64,000 bases of DNA from a virus (IMGVR_UViG_3300011217_000001:128001-192000), one strand, 5' to 3'; shown: positions 33,713 to 43,041, numbered from the stretch's first letter. Notes: generated by a model from the sequence alone, not told the origin. Program-made: numbers and translations.

Positions 33713-34117
33713 TTACTCCGTTAGCAGTTTGATGCGGTTGGCGAACTTCTCGCGAGGATTGGCCTGATAGAAGCGCAGGTAATCGGCTCGCAACTGGACT
33801 CTGGTAGCGACCGGGAAATCGAACCCAAAGATCTTGTCCGATTCACGGTTGAGGTTCTTGTCGGTGTGCTCGACACTGGACTGAGGGTAGGTCATCGAAT
33901 TGCACTGGATGCTGTCGATGAACTTGCAGTGGCTCACCGCTTCGAGTTCACGAATCATGTCTTGCGACACTTCGATATCGATATCCTCACAACGATCGAG
34001 CAACCCGTGAACCATCAGGGCTGCGCTACCGAGGACTACGATCTCCGACGGCTTGACTCCATAGGTGTCGCACCAGTCGTGAAGGTGAGCTTGTACCTGT
34101 GTGACCGAGGTGAACAT
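33713..34117 (-). CDS. Minimal nucleotidyltransferase-fold (Pol beta superfamily) protein
   Basis: VVLGSAALMVHGL...EDIDIEV = hG[GS]...DxD signature. Confidence 0.7.
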   Translation of the reverse strand: MFTSVTQVQAHLHDWCDTYGVKPSEIVVLGSAALMVHGLLDRCEDIDIEVSQDMIRELEAVSHCKFIDSIQCNSMTYPQSSVEHTDKNLNRESDKIFGFDFPVATRVQLRADYLRFYQANPREKFANRIKLLTE

Positions 34118-34136
34118 TGGAACTCCATTGATAAGT

Positions 34137-34171
34137 CACCTAGGTAATGTAGGGCTGAAAGATCTTTAAGC
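34137..34171 (-). promoter_or_regulatory. Putative phage early promoter
   Basis: GATCTTTCAGCCCTACATTACCTAGGTG; resembles phiKZ early TATTAC core. Confidence 0.65.
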
Positions 34172-34185
34172 AAAAGAAAAGAAAC

Positions 34186-34224
34186 GGCATAAAGCAGGAG
34201 ACCCCGTAGGGTCTCCTGTATGCC
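34186..34224. terminator. Hairpin flanked by TATGCC on both strands
   Basis: CAGGAGACCC-cgta-GGGTCTCCTG. Confidence 0.7.
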
Positions 34225-34225
34225 C

Positions 34226-34486
34226 TTATGGGGCGTCCGGCGGCAATGGAACACACTGGGTGCCCGTGGTATAGCCTCGCCTCTTGACGCACTGCATGGA
34301 GCTACCTGGCGGGATGAAGTAGAGCCAGACCACTCCGTCCACGACGAAGTACTGAGCCCCTGCTTCGATGCGCGGCGTCTCTGCGTCTGGCGTACGGCCC
34401 TGCGGGGAGCAGCCGGTGATGAAGATGAACGAGCCAATGAAGATGGCGATCGCTCCCAGAACAACGCCCTGGTACAAGTACTTCAT
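34226..34486 (-). CDS. Small putative lipoprotein
   Basis: Hydrophobic N-terminus with ITGC lipobox-like site. Confidence 0.6.
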   Translation of the reverse strand: MKYLYQGVVLGAIAIFIGSFIFITGCSPQGRTPDAETPRIEAGAQYFVVDGVVWLYFIPPGSSMQCVKRRGYTTGTQCVPLPPDAP

Positions 34487-34842
34487 GCCTCCACCTTCCT
34501 AGCGCGCTGCTGCGCGCGCCAACGCTTGTCGTTCTTGTGGCGAACGCGCTGATAGCCACGCCGCTCTTTGCGAGGGTCAGGCTTTCTGTAGCTGGTGATC
34601 CGAATATCCATGGGGATTTCCGTATCCGGTGCCGCGCCTTCCGGGAGTGCCTTCGGCAGCAGCCGCACTTTACGCTTGCGGGGACCGAACTCCATGACGT
34701 AGTCGCCATGTTCACCGGGCTGTAGTCTGGTCAGCGATCCATCATCGTTGATGCGACTGACAGTGGGTTCGTAGACCCGACCCTTGTGAGAATAGCTGTA
34801 CTGGGTAGTGCCGTTGCGGTTGATGAGATGACGATTGGACAT
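34483..34842 (-). CDS. Basic hypothetical protein
   Basis: 119 aa, coupled. Confidence 0.65.
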   Translation of the reverse strand: MSNRHLINRNGTTQYSYSHKGRVYEPTVSRINDDGSLTRLQPGEHGDYVMEFGPRKRKVRLLPKALPEGAAPDTEIPMDIRITSYRKPDPRKERRGYQRVRHKNDKRWRAQQRARKVEA

Positions 34843-34854
34843 CAGGGTTCCTAG

Positions 34855-35163
34855 TTAATGCCAGCGGGAAGTGCCGTCGTCGCAATTGTACAGGCGACGA
34901 AGTTCTTCGTAGGGGATGGGTTGGGCAATGATTGTTTTGCCGATAACGGCGTTGTGAATCCGGACGCCACTTTCGATCTTGGTCTGTCCAGTAAATTGAC
35001 AGTGGTTGTTGATGAAGTCCTGCTCCCGGGCAGCTACCTTCAGGAGAAAGATAAGGCCTACCACCAGTCCGATAATCATCAGGAAGAGAACACCGAGACA
35101 GATGGACAAGCCCACTCCCAAGAGATTGATCTCATCCTCTAGCCACGCGCGAAGTTTCTTCAT
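34855..35163 (-). CDS. Membrane-anchored hypothetical protein
   Basis: Start MKKLRA; TM plus two Cys. Confidence 0.65.
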   Translation of the reverse strand: MKKLRAWLEDEINLLGVGLSICLGVLFLMIIGLVVGLIFLLKVAAREQDFINNHCQFTGQTKIESGVRIHNAVIGKTIIAQPIPYEELRRLYNCDDGTSRWH

Positions 35164-35891
35164 GCTTCCTTCGCCTTGACATAAGGCAGAAGCACAGAGG
35201 CGACGATCTGATTGGTGCCCCACATCAGCGGGACGTTGTTCACTCGGGCGATCGGAATGAGGGTCAGCTTGCTGACAAGGATACCAAGTGCGCTGTCGAG
35301 ATCGCGCTGGAATACGAGCTTCAGCATCTTGGCGTATTCGTCATGGGTGACAACGATACCCGCAGCCTCCATGGCCGGCATCAGTACCCTGATGATGTTG
35401 AAGAAGTTGCCCTCGTACACGTAGATGCGATCGGTGGCGGCGTAGTGGTGCTGGTACAGTGCTACCATCCCACGCAGATCATCCCATTGACCGTAGAGGC
35501 CCTTAGCGAACAGAATCGCATCATGCAAGAAAGCGGACGACTCGCTGGGATAAATGTGGCTCAGATACTCGGGCGAAATACCGCCGTACTTCGGCTCGGT
35601 GATCGTGACTTCCACATGACGCTGATAGAGATTCTTGAACGGACCGTCGCCGAAGAGACATTTCACCTTCAGCTCTACGAAGTGGATAGATTCTTCAGCC
35701 GTGACGCTGATCAGATCCGGATCGCTGAGCTTGGTGAGGACCAACGTACGCACAGCTTCTTTCACTTTCCCTACCAGCTCTTCCAGGCAGGGCTTCACCT
35801 GAGCCTTGCGCACGACCTGGTAGTAGTTGTGAATAGCCGGACGAACGACATCAGTGATAGCCCGTATGTCCAGGTAAAGTTGCTCAGTCAT
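35160..35891 (-). CDS. Hypothetical protein
   Basis: 243 aa, GGAG RBS. Confidence 0.75.
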   Translation of the reverse strand: MTEQLYLDIRAITDVVRPAIHNYYQVVRKAQVKPCLEELVGKVKEAVRTLVLTKLSDPDLISVTAEESIHFVELKVKCLFGDGPFKNLYQRHVEVTITEPKYGGISPEYLSHIYPSESSAFLHDAILFAKGLYGQWDDLRGMVALYQHHYAATDRIYVYEGNFFNIIRVLMPAMEAAGIVVTHDEYAKMLKLVFQRDLDSALGILVSKLTLIPIARVNNVPLMWGTNQIVASVLLPYVKAKEA

Positions 35892-35903
35892 ATACCTACT
35901 CCC

Positions 35904-36275
35904 TTAGAATAACTTCGATTGACGGTGGTTGGCAAAGAGGGTTCCCTGCCGTTCGTTGGTAAATTGGGTGGCGAGGTTATGGAAGACCTCAACCGTGTAC
36001 AGATCGCCTTCGTAGCGATAGTCAACACGAGCCCAGACCTCGTTGTCATTCCAGCTCACCTCACTGGAGTGATAGAGACCCGGGATATGTCCCCGGTACT
36101 GACTACGGTCCTTCAGCAGTTTCGGTAACCAGTCCTTGAGATCATGCTCACGATCGCCGTTGTCCATCCACTGGTTGTAGTTGAGTTTGGACTCCCCTAC
36201 CTTCAGCAGAATGATCTCAGCGATCTCATCGCGCCAGAGCTGTTGTACGTTATCTTTGTTCATCACTTCCACCAC
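35904..36275 (-). CDS. Hypothetical protein
   Basis: 123 aa. Confidence 0.65.
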   Translation of the reverse strand: MVEVMNKDNVQQLWRDEIAEIILLKVGESKLNYNQWMDNGDREHDLKDWLPKLLKDRSQYRGHIPGLYHSSEVSWNDNEVWARVDYRYEGDLYTVEVFHNLATQFTNERQGTLFANHRQSKLF

Positions 36276-36607
36276 GACTTGGGTTCGACCTCCAACTGGA
36301 TGCGAACCTGGTCCTTGGTGCCGTAGCGGATGTAATCGAAGAGGATGTCAAGCTTGCCGTCAGTCCAAACTACGGCCAAGTCCCTGAACGTGTAGGGAGC
36401 AAGGCCACCCAGTGCGATAGCTTCCATGCGCTCGTTGAGCAGGGCGCGGAATTCGACCAAGTAGTCTTCCCTGCTGTTCTCGCTGCCGTGCTGCTCCATC
36501 TCGGTCTGAGCAAGACCCCAGCTGGAGGTAGCCATGGCAGTCAGGTCGGCCAGAGCAGCTTCCTTACGGGCGGCGCGCATTTCTTCAGTGTCAACAATAT
36601 CATTCAC
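36263..36607 (-). CDS. Hypothetical protein
   Basis: 114 aa, GAGGAG RBS. Confidence 0.7.
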   Translation of the reverse strand: MNDIVDTEEMRAARKEAALADLTAMATSSWGLAQTEMEQHGSENSREDYLVEFRALLNERMEAIALGGLAPYTFRDLAVVWTDGKLDILFDYIRYGTKDQVRIQLEVEPKSWWK

Positions 36608-36657
36608 GGCATACTCCTCGGTTAGTCATCATATCCGACTAGGTCATTTGGTTTTAC

Positions 36658-36697
36658 GACATACAGGAGAGCCCGGAGGCTCTCCTGCTTTTATGCC
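36658..36697. terminator. Hairpin flanked by TATG motifs
   Basis: CAGGAGAGCC-cgga-GGCTCTCCTG. Confidence 0.65.
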
Positions 36698-36698
36698 C

Positions 36699-37181
36699 TT
36701 AGCGCTGAGCCGGAGGCGGGTTCGGCGGAACGTCGCGACCATTCCGCACTTGCTCTTTCTGATCCTCGGTCAGCTCAGGATTCGACCCTGGATAACTGAC
36801 CACATCGTACTGCCGGGTCCGTACGTTGCGCGAATCACGATCAACGATGGTAAGCTTGCGCCATGTCAGCCAGAGATGGATCAGCAGGTTGACCAGCATC
36901 AGCGTGGAGATCAGCACCATGTTGAATGGGCGACCCATCCAGATCAGGACGAGGGCGCCTGCAGATAACGCCAGGTGGAATACCGAACCTAGCATCCAGT
37001 GCTGCAGAACCGGCACCAGCCAGAACAGCCGGCGATAGATCACTTCTGGGTCCGTCGGTTTGACCGGGTACGGTGGATGTGTGTTCTCGATGAAGTTGCG
37101 AATACGCCAGATGATCGCCAGCGTGTACGCTGGATACATGAAAAGCGTGGGGATGAGTAGGTAGATCAGGTAGGTGTACAT
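36699..37181 (-). CDS. Multi-TM membrane protein
   Basis: Start MYTYLI; 3-4 hydrophobic helices. Confidence 0.7.
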   Translation of the reverse strand: MYTYLIYLLIPTLFMYPAYTLAIIWRIRNFIENTHPPYPVKPTDPEVIYRRLFWLVPVLQHWMLGSVFHLALSAGALVLIWMGRPFNMVLISTLMLVNLLIHLWLTWRKLTIVDRDSRNVRTRQYDVVSYPGSNPELTEDQKEQVRNGRDVPPNPPPAQR

Positions 37182-37182
37182 G

Positions 37183-37419
37183 TCAGACCTTGAGCTTGCC
37201 ACCGGGGAATGGGAAGTTCGGCGCCATTGGAGGCGACCGTGGTTGCACAACAACCTCCCCATGTCTCGCCGAGGGGACTACCCTCACCATCAAGTCAGTG
37301 AGGTAGGGTTTACCGACCTTGATGCGATACCACTTGAATCGCAACAGAAGGCCATGCGTCAGCGCCGTTGCCGTGAACGCCGCCAGGATTACAAGTACAG
37401 CCAAGTAGATGTAGTGCAC
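37183..37419 (-). CDS. Small membrane protein
   Basis: 78 aa, N-terminal TM. Confidence 0.6.
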   Translation of the reverse strand: MHYIYLAVLVILAAFTATALTHGLLLRFKWYRIKVGKPYLTDLMVRVVPSARHGEVVVQPRSPPMAPNFPFPGGKLKV

Positions 37420-37559
37420 TATTTTCTCTCGTTGTAGTAGTCAGACCGCATGCGCTCAACCCACGGGTCTTTCCAGAAGTAGCAGTAAGCCGCGACCGCC
37501 AGGGATCCAAGCCCGACGATCGCAGCTACTACCTTGCCGATGATGACAAGGATTGCCAT
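37419..37559 (-). CDS. Small single-TM protein (46 aa)
   Basis: Read manually, MAILVIIGKVVAAIVG... Confidence 0.5.
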   Translation of the reverse strand: MAILVIIGKVVAAIVGLGSLAVAAYCYFWKDPWVERMRSDYYNERK

Positions 37560-37578
37560 TAGCCGCGACTACGCGCGT

Positions 37579-38019
37579 TCATCGCTGGTGGTTCAGGTTG
37601 GTGTTGGTACGCTCACCGAACAGGTAATAACCGATCACCTGCTCGCTGAACTCCTCCACCTTGACGGTGAAGTAGTCGCGGTCGTAAGCGACCTTGATGA
37701 AGTGCTCACCGGCGCCCACAGACAGAGGCGACCCGCCCTTGGTGCGCGTGAGCAGCTGTTTGGCCGGGATAACCTTCACTTCACCGAGGGAGTCCTTGAT
37801 GACCAGGAGACTGACGGCGTCCAGACGGCAGCCATCGGTCATGGAGGTGATGAAGGCCGCGTTGCTGGCCTCGTTGCAGGACACGGTCATGAGGTTGATC
37901 GCGCCATCCACCGGGAACGGGTACTTGGTGAAGGTCAAGCCCCGGTGGGTGACTTCCTTGCCGAGGTTGGCCAGGTCGTCGTTGAGGGGCTTGATGAGGT
38001 TCATGAGCGGCAGAGACAT
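37579..38019 (-). CDS. Hypothetical protein
   Basis: 146 aa, coupled to thyA. Confidence 0.7.
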   Translation of the reverse strand: MSLPLMNLIKPLNDDLANLGKEVTHRGLTFTKYPFPVDGAINLMTVSCNEASNAAFITSMTDGCRLDAVSLLVIKDSLGEVKVIPAKQLLTRTKGGSPLSVGAGEHFIKVAYDRDYFTVKVEEFSEQVIGYYLFGERTNTNLNHQR

Positions 38020-39242
38020 CAGACGGCTACCTTCGCTTTGATCTTTTCGTGGTGGGTGTAGTTGAGGATCACGATATCGTCGAAGGTGAAGTCGTCGATG
38101 TTCTTGATCCCCGGGTTCAACATCAGCTTCGGCAGCGGGTGCGGTTCGCGGGTACGCTGCAGGCCGATCTGCTCCACGTGGTTGGTGTAAGCATGCAAAT
38201 CGCCGACGGTGTAGACCAGCTCACCCACATCCATGTTGACCACCTGCGCGATCAGGTGGGTCAGCAGCGCGTAGCAGGTGATGTTGAACGGCGCGCCCAG
38301 GAAGACGTCGTTCGAACGCATGTTCACCATGCAGTTCAGGCGATGGGTCGGAACACCGTGCTGCTTGAACACCTCATCCAGGGACTGATGTTCGACGCTG
38401 TCCTTGTCGTAGCCGTTGTCGCGGATATCCTTGCGGATACGAGCCACTGCCGGAGTCTTGGCGAAGTCGCTCAGCAGAGCCCAGCGCTCTTCGCGAGTGA
38501 GCCAGGTGGTGCCGAACTGGAACAGGTTGTGGCACGGCGTCAGCGCCATGTGATCCAGGTCTGCCGGGTTCCACGAATCGACCAGCACGCGGCGGCTGTC
38601 CGGATCCTTCTTCAGGACTTCGATCGCATTGGCCAGCTGATCGATCTTGCGGGTGGCCACGTAGAACTCACCGCTCGGCATCGGCACGGGGATCAGCGAG
38701 ATCTCGTACTTGTCAGCGTAGACGCCAGCCAGGAACTCGTCCTTGGTGATCAGTCTGGTATCCTCGACGAAGCGCCACTGCTTGCCGTACACCGGACCCA
38801 GGTCACCCTTGCTCTTGACCTTGATCTCCTGCGTAACCGGCAGGCCGAGTTCGACCAGCTTCTCGCCCAGCGCGTGCGGGCTGAGCAGGTTGCGGTTGGC
38901 CCAGGCGCTCAGGAACGGATCGTGCGCCACCAGCGCTTCGCGCATGTCCCCCGCCAGCATCGGGGAGGTGACGTATACGTCTTCCGGAGCTGCCCACTCG
39001 TCCCAGATCCGCACCTTGTGGTCCTTCAGGTACTGGATGTTGGTGTCACCCTTGATGAGCCACAGCAGCTCATGGATGATCGACTTGAGGTGGATCTCCT
39101 TGGTGGTGACCACCGGCAGGCCATCCTTCAGGTTGAAGCGGGTCTGGTAGCCGAAGGTGGCTACGGTGCCGGTGCCGGTACGATCGGTCTTGCTGCGGCC
39201 ATGCTGGAAAACGTGTCCCAGCATATCGAGGTACTGTTTCAT
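38019..39242 (-). CDS. thyA: Thymidylate synthase
   Basis: DRTGTGT, IWDEWA, LGPVYGKQWR, MALTPCH, RSNDVFLGAPFN, GDLHAY; three insertions. Confidence 0.97.
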   Translation of the reverse strand: MKQYLDMLGHVFQHGRSKTDRTGTGTVATFGYQTRFNLKDGLPVVTTKEIHLKSIIHELLWLIKGDTNIQYLKDHKVRIWDEWAAPEDVYVTSPMLAGDMREALVAHDPFLSAWANRNLLSPHALGEKLVELGLPVTQEIKVKSKGDLGPVYGKQWRFVEDTRLITKDEFLAGVYADKYEISLIPVPMPSGEFYVATRKIDQLANAIEVLKKDPDSRRVLVDSWNPADLDHMALTPCHNLFQFGTTWLTREERWALLSDFAKTPAVARIRKDIRDNGYDKDSVEHQSLDEVFKQHGVPTHRLNCMVNMRSNDVFLGAPFNITCYALLTHLIAQVVNMDVGELVYTVGDLHAYTNHVEQIGLQRTREPHPLPKLMLNPGIKNIDDFTFDDIVILNYTHHEKIKAKVAV

Positions 39243-39253
39243 AAACTGCTCCT

Positions 39254-39616
39254 TTACTTGATTTCGTGCAAATCGAGAAGTGCTTTGGAGATGAGCTTGG
39301 TCTTGATGTTGTTGCGACCGGACTTGATCATCTTGGCCAGTCGATGCAAGCCATCTACCACGAGGAACTGCTGCCCCTTCGGCGCTCGTACATCGAGCAC
39401 AACCAGGATGGGCACATCGGTATCGGCCTTCTCCATCCGGTCAGGGTCGGGGGTGGCGTAATCGAGAACCCACTTCAACTTCGATACGGGCAGAACGGTA
39501 ATCGTGTACTTGTGGGTCTCACGGAACAGGTCATCCAGGGCGTAGGTCTTTCCGTTGGAGGAGAAGGTGCTCTCCCTCCCCTCGCTATAGACCCGGATCT
39601 TCTTGTGCTTTCCCAT
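39254..39616 (-). CDS. Stand-alone ParB/Sulfiredoxin N-terminal-like domain protein
   Basis: PILV...FLVVDGLHRLAK. Confidence 0.7.
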   Translation of the reverse strand: MGKHKKIRVYSEGRESTFSSNGKTYALDDLFRETHKYTITVLPVSKLKWVLDYATPDPDRMEKADTDVPILVVLDVRAPKGQQFLVVDGLHRLAKMIKSGRNNIKTKLISKALLDLHEIK

Positions 39617-39618
39617 GG

Positions 39619-40005
39619 CTAACCTTCGTCCCCGAGCAAGAAGCTACGCAGGGCATCATTGGCACGGATAAAGGCTACCGTCTTACCGCCCTGCCTGCCA
39701 TGGACACGGAACACCTGATCGGCCGGGATAGGAAGTCCTGCAGCCTGGAAGAGCTCGAAGAGAGAGCCGTACTTTTCAATAGCACGGATCTCTTCGGCGG
39801 TATCATCCCCAGGCACCTCATTCGTGTCTACGTACGGACCGGACAGCAGGCGGAGGTTCGGTTTGCCGTAGGCGTTGTAGTAAGCCAGTACGGCAAGGAG
39901 CAGCGAGTCGTTCAGTCGGATCTCACCACCCACATCCATCATGGTGATGGCACCTACGCCTTGGCTCATGCCTCGACCGTACTTGATGTAAAAATGCTTC
40001 CTCAT
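39619..40005 (-). CDS. Hypothetical protein
   Basis: Start MRKHFY. Confidence 0.65.
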   Translation of the reverse strand: MRKHFYIKYGRGMSQGVGAITMMDVGGEIRLNDSLLLAVLAYYNAYGKPNLRLLSGPYVDTNEVPGDDTAEEIRAIEKYGSLFELFQAAGLPIPADQVFRVHGRQGGKTVAFIRANDALRSFLLGDEG

Positions 40006-40018
40006 TGCGCTTCCTAAA

Positions 40019-40432
40019 TCAGAGGGCGGTGCCGAGCAGACGCTCACGGACTTGGATCGGCGTGATTGCTTCCCCCGGATCCTTTCCTTCAGGGATCACA
40101 GAGAACAGCTCATGCTGCTCCTTGGGCAGAGCGTACACCACCAGCCCCGTCGGCAGGTTGATGTAGATGTCCCACGTGCCTTCGCGTTCGACACGGAACG
40201 AGGTCCATGCGTGCGCCAGAGCGAAGTAGAGGATGTGGCAGTCCTCGGCCAAGTTGTTGTAGGCCTCTTCCATGTGGGCAGCCATATTAGCCGCCCTCGT
40301 GGCATTCTCTTCGTACTGCTTACGCGCCTTGTAGACCAGCACGGTCTGGCGGACGAAGTAGACCGCAAGAGCCAGCAGGACCACGATCACGATCGCCAGT
40401 GCCCAGACCAGATAGGGATAGACAGCGTTCAA
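40019..40432 (-). CDS. Membrane-anchored paralogue of 40429..40878
   Basis: N-terminal TM + WDIYINLPTGLVVYALP. Confidence 0.65.
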   Translation of the reverse strand: MNAVYPYLVWALAIVIVVLLALAVYFVRQTVLVYKARKQYEENATRAANMAAHMEEAYNNLAEDCHILYFALAHAWTSFRVEREGTWDIYINLPTGLVVYALPKEQHELFSVIPEGKDPGEAITPIQVRERLLGTAL

Positions 40433-40878
40433 AACTTCTCCTTTTGGGTTTCGTACTGCTTGTTGTGTTCCTTGGCACGATCGACCATTTCGTTCAGTGC
40501 CGTCAGTGCCGACTTGCCGCCCAGGGTACGGGAGGCGACACGCACATCCTCGATCAACCAGTTGAGGTCAACCTTGGGGATGTGGGTAACATCGCCGAAC
40601 TGGCGCACCAGGGTGTCCAGACGAATCAGGACTTCCTTCTTGTCAGCACCGTCCCAGCCTTCCATCTTGACCGGCAAATGCTGGAATAGCATCAGTTGGC
40701 TGTCGTGGATGTGGAAGTTGATCTGACCGGTGGGCAGGGTGAGGTAGCAGCTCCAGCGCCAATCGTCATCCCAGCCGTTCTCGTTGGTACGAGAGATGAA
40801 GGCCGGGTAGTGATGGGAGAGCAGCGCCAGCAGAAGGTTGCGTTCTGCGTAGGGGTCCACGGAGGACAAGTCAGTCAT
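40429..40878 (-). CDS. Conserved phage hypothetical (LPTGQxxxH...WDG domain)
   Basis: YAERNLLLALL...YLTLPTGQINFHI...WDG. Confidence 0.7.
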   Translation of the reverse strand: MTDLSSVDPYAERNLLLALLSHHYPAFISRTNENGWDDDWRWSCYLTLPTGQINFHIHDSQLMLFQHLPVKMEGWDGADKKEVLIRLDTLVRQFGDVTHIPKVDLNWLIEDVRVASRTLGGKSALTALNEMVDRAKEHNKQYETQKEKF

Positions 40879-41146
40879 TTTTCTTACCCTCCCGGTGGGC
40901 CATGAGGCGCGGTTCGAGGAGCTTGTACCGGCGCTGCGCGCGAGTCGCCTGATAGTTAGCCCAGATAGCCAACGCAAAGCAGACGACAGACATTGCCGGA
41001 TCGAGCGGATGAGTGGGTTGGAAGAGGAAGGTGAGTCCATATGCGATGTCGAAGATTGCGAGCAACCCAAAGGCGATGAACAGAAGTACGGACCGGCCGT
41101 ACTCTTTGCGCAGCTCTTCCAGGGACTTGTTAGCCGGATGCTTCAC
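40871..41146 (-). CDS. Small two-TM membrane protein
   Basis: 91 aa. Confidence 0.65.
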   Translation of the reverse strand: MKHPANKSLEELRKEYGRSVLLFIAFGLLAIFDIAYGLTFLFQPTHPLDPAMSVVCFALAIWANYQATRAQRRYKLLEPRLMAHREGKKND

Positions 41147-41844
41147 AACGCGAACCCTCCAACACCAGCACCGCGTTCCACCAGGTAGTCATCCTCCACC
41201 GACCGCAGGATGCCGGCTTGATGCAGCAGGGTCAGCGCTCGGTTGAGCATCATCTCCTGACCGCAGTCGGTATCCAGAATCGCCACGCGGTTGCGAACTT
41301 CTTCGCGAGCCGCTTGGATGTAGTGCTGACGGATGGCCGCGATCTTGTTCGGATCCTTGGTATCCATCGGGTCCATCTTGCCATGGCGCAGCGCGATGCG
41401 CTCCAGCGAGGTACTGACGTTGCAGCACAGCAGCAGCGTCAGGTCCGGCATACCTGCAGGCAGGATGGTTTCACGAAGACGGTTGAAGTCGTCCTTCTTG
41501 CAACCTTCCAGCTTGCACTGGTAAACCAGCGTGCTCAGGTAGGAGCGATCCATCAGGACGATCTTGCCCTGAGCCAGAGCAGGCTTGCTGATCTCTTCCC
41601 AGATCGAGCGATGCACCGTCAGTGCCAGAGACGCACGCAGGAACGGATCCATCCCCAGACCCGAGTTGGTGATGACCGGATAGATCTCGCGACCCAGCTT
41701 GGTACTGGTCCACGAGCTTGCGATCGCGTAAGGGATTTCGCGGTCTTCGAGGTAGCCTGCCAGCTTGCCCAGCACGGTCCCCTTGCCAACTGCATCGCCA
41801 CCTTCAATAGCGATCAGCCGACCCATTCGATTATTGATGCCCAT
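41143..41844 (-). CDS. tmk: Thymidylate (dTMP) kinase
   Basis: IAIEGGDAVGKGT P-loop, IVLMDRSYLSTLVYQ, PDLTLLL. Confidence 0.92.
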   Translation of the reverse strand: MGINNRMGRLIAIEGGDAVGKGTVLGKLAGYLEDREIPYAIASSWTSTKLGREIYPVITNSGLGMDPFLRASLALTVHRSIWEEISKPALAQGKIVLMDRSYLSTLVYQCKLEGCKKDDFNRLRETILPAGMPDLTLLLCCNVSTSLERIALRHGKMDPMDTKDPNKIAAIRQHYIQAAREEVRNRVAILDTDCGQEMMLNRALTLLHQAGILRSVEDDYLVERGAGVGGFAL

Positions 41845-41855
41845 GTTTAGCTCCA

Positions 41856-41883
41856 TAGAGGGAGGGCCAACGCCCTCCCTCTA
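41856..41883. terminator. Stem-loop
   Basis: TAGAGGGAGGGC-caac-GCCCTCCCTCTA. Confidence 0.6.
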
Positions 41884-41887
41884 CTGA

Positions 41888-42157
41888 TCAGTGCGCCAGC
41901 GCAGCGGCGACGAGGTTGCCGGAGATGATGTCGTGGACCTGCGCCAGCAGGGCCGGATCACCTTCGTAGATCTTCTCGGCAGCCGGCTTGTAGGGCAGGG
42001 TGACGACGTTCAGCTTGCCGCCCTGCTGCTGCAGGCGACGGGAGGCGCGTTCAGCTGCTGCTGCACGAGCACGTGCCAGCTGCTGCTTCTGCTGCTCTTC
42101 GAGGTAGACCTTGCCCAGTTCGATCTCGATGGCCTGGGTCAGTGCGCGCTTCTTCAT
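41888..42157 (-). CDS. Hypothetical helical protein
   Basis: 89 aa. Confidence 0.65.
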   Translation of the reverse strand: MKKRALTQAIEIELGKVYLEEQQKQQLARARAAAAERASRRLQQQGGKLNVVTLPYKPAAEKIYEGDPALLAQVHDIISGNLVAAALAH

Positions 42158-42196
42158 TGTTTCCTAGTTCCTTGTGGTGTTTTTTTTTTGCGGGGA

Positions 42197-42523
42197 TTAG
42201 CCGCGCTTCTTCTTCTTGTGAAACTTGCGGGGGCGCCGCTGGAACTGGAACAGCTCGCGCAGTCGTGCCTGCGGGCTGTTCTCTTCCTTCCATACATCCA
42301 CCAGCGGCTGGATGAAGTTCTCCGGCAGCACGCTCAGATGACTGAAGCGACTGTCGCACAGCAGCACGTTCTCCAACAGGCAGGAACGAGCCAGTGCATG
42401 CTGCTCATCGGTCGAGGGATCTTTGACCATGAAGCGCAGCGCGAAGGTCCGATTACCCTTGGGCGGGTCGGTCGGCAGTTTGAGGATCTTGTCCTCATCG
42501 GTGATCATCTGGTGAGCGTGCAT
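42197..42523 (-). CDS. Hypothetical protein with basic tail
   Basis: 108 aa. Confidence 0.6.
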   Translation of the reverse strand: MHAHQMITDEDKILKLPTDPPKGNRTFALRFMVKDPSTDEQHALARSCLLENVLLCDSRFSHLSVLPENFIQPLVDVWKEENSPQARLRELFQFQRRPRKFHKKKKRG

Positions 42524-42580
42524 ATTCCGGCGATGTCCGAGGATTGTTCAAATGATCTTAAACACGTGTTTGTTTTTACG

Positions 42581-42988
42581 CTAATGACGCAGATCTGTCT
42601 CCTCAAAGAAGTAGACCGAGTCATAACCTATTAACCTGGCAAACCCAACACCTGAGATAATGAACCCATTGGCTGTGGTCATCTTCACAAGAGTCGGAGC
42701 TACCCTGTAGTACAGGTCAGTGACCCAACCCAATATCTGCCCGTCGCTGATGACGTCATTGAAAGTGCTTTCATAGAAGGTCTCATAGAGCGCTTCGCTC
42801 ACAGTCTCTTCAAAGAAACCTTCGTCGATAATGCCCTCGGAGAATGTCTGGAAGATAACCTCCCCGACAAACATCAGGGTCATCGAGACAAACTCATCGA
42901 TCTCGTAGGGCTTTAACCGTAATCGTAGCAATGTGCGCATGATGCGCTTGACGTCATAACGAGTATCTATTACGATCTCGTGTATCAT
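42581..42988 (-). CDS. Acidic hypothetical protein
   Basis: 135 aa, GGGAG RBS. Confidence 0.65.
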   Translation of the reverse strand: MIHEIVIDTRYDVKRIMRTLLRLRLKPYEIDEFVSMTLMFVGEVIFQTFSEGIIDEGFFEETVSEALYETFYESTFNDVISDGQILGWVTDLYYRVAPTLVKMTTANGFIISGVGFARLIGYDSVYFFEETDLRH

Positions 42989-43041
42989 ACTTCTCCCTTG
43001 GTTTACGGCATAGGAGAGAGGTTGCCCCCTCTCCTATGGAT

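Noticed and set aside
38019-39242. ThyA as a dCMP hydroxymethylase (modified-base system)
   Set aside because: Specificity Asn (PFN) retained and no glycosyl- or amino-transferase genes nearby.
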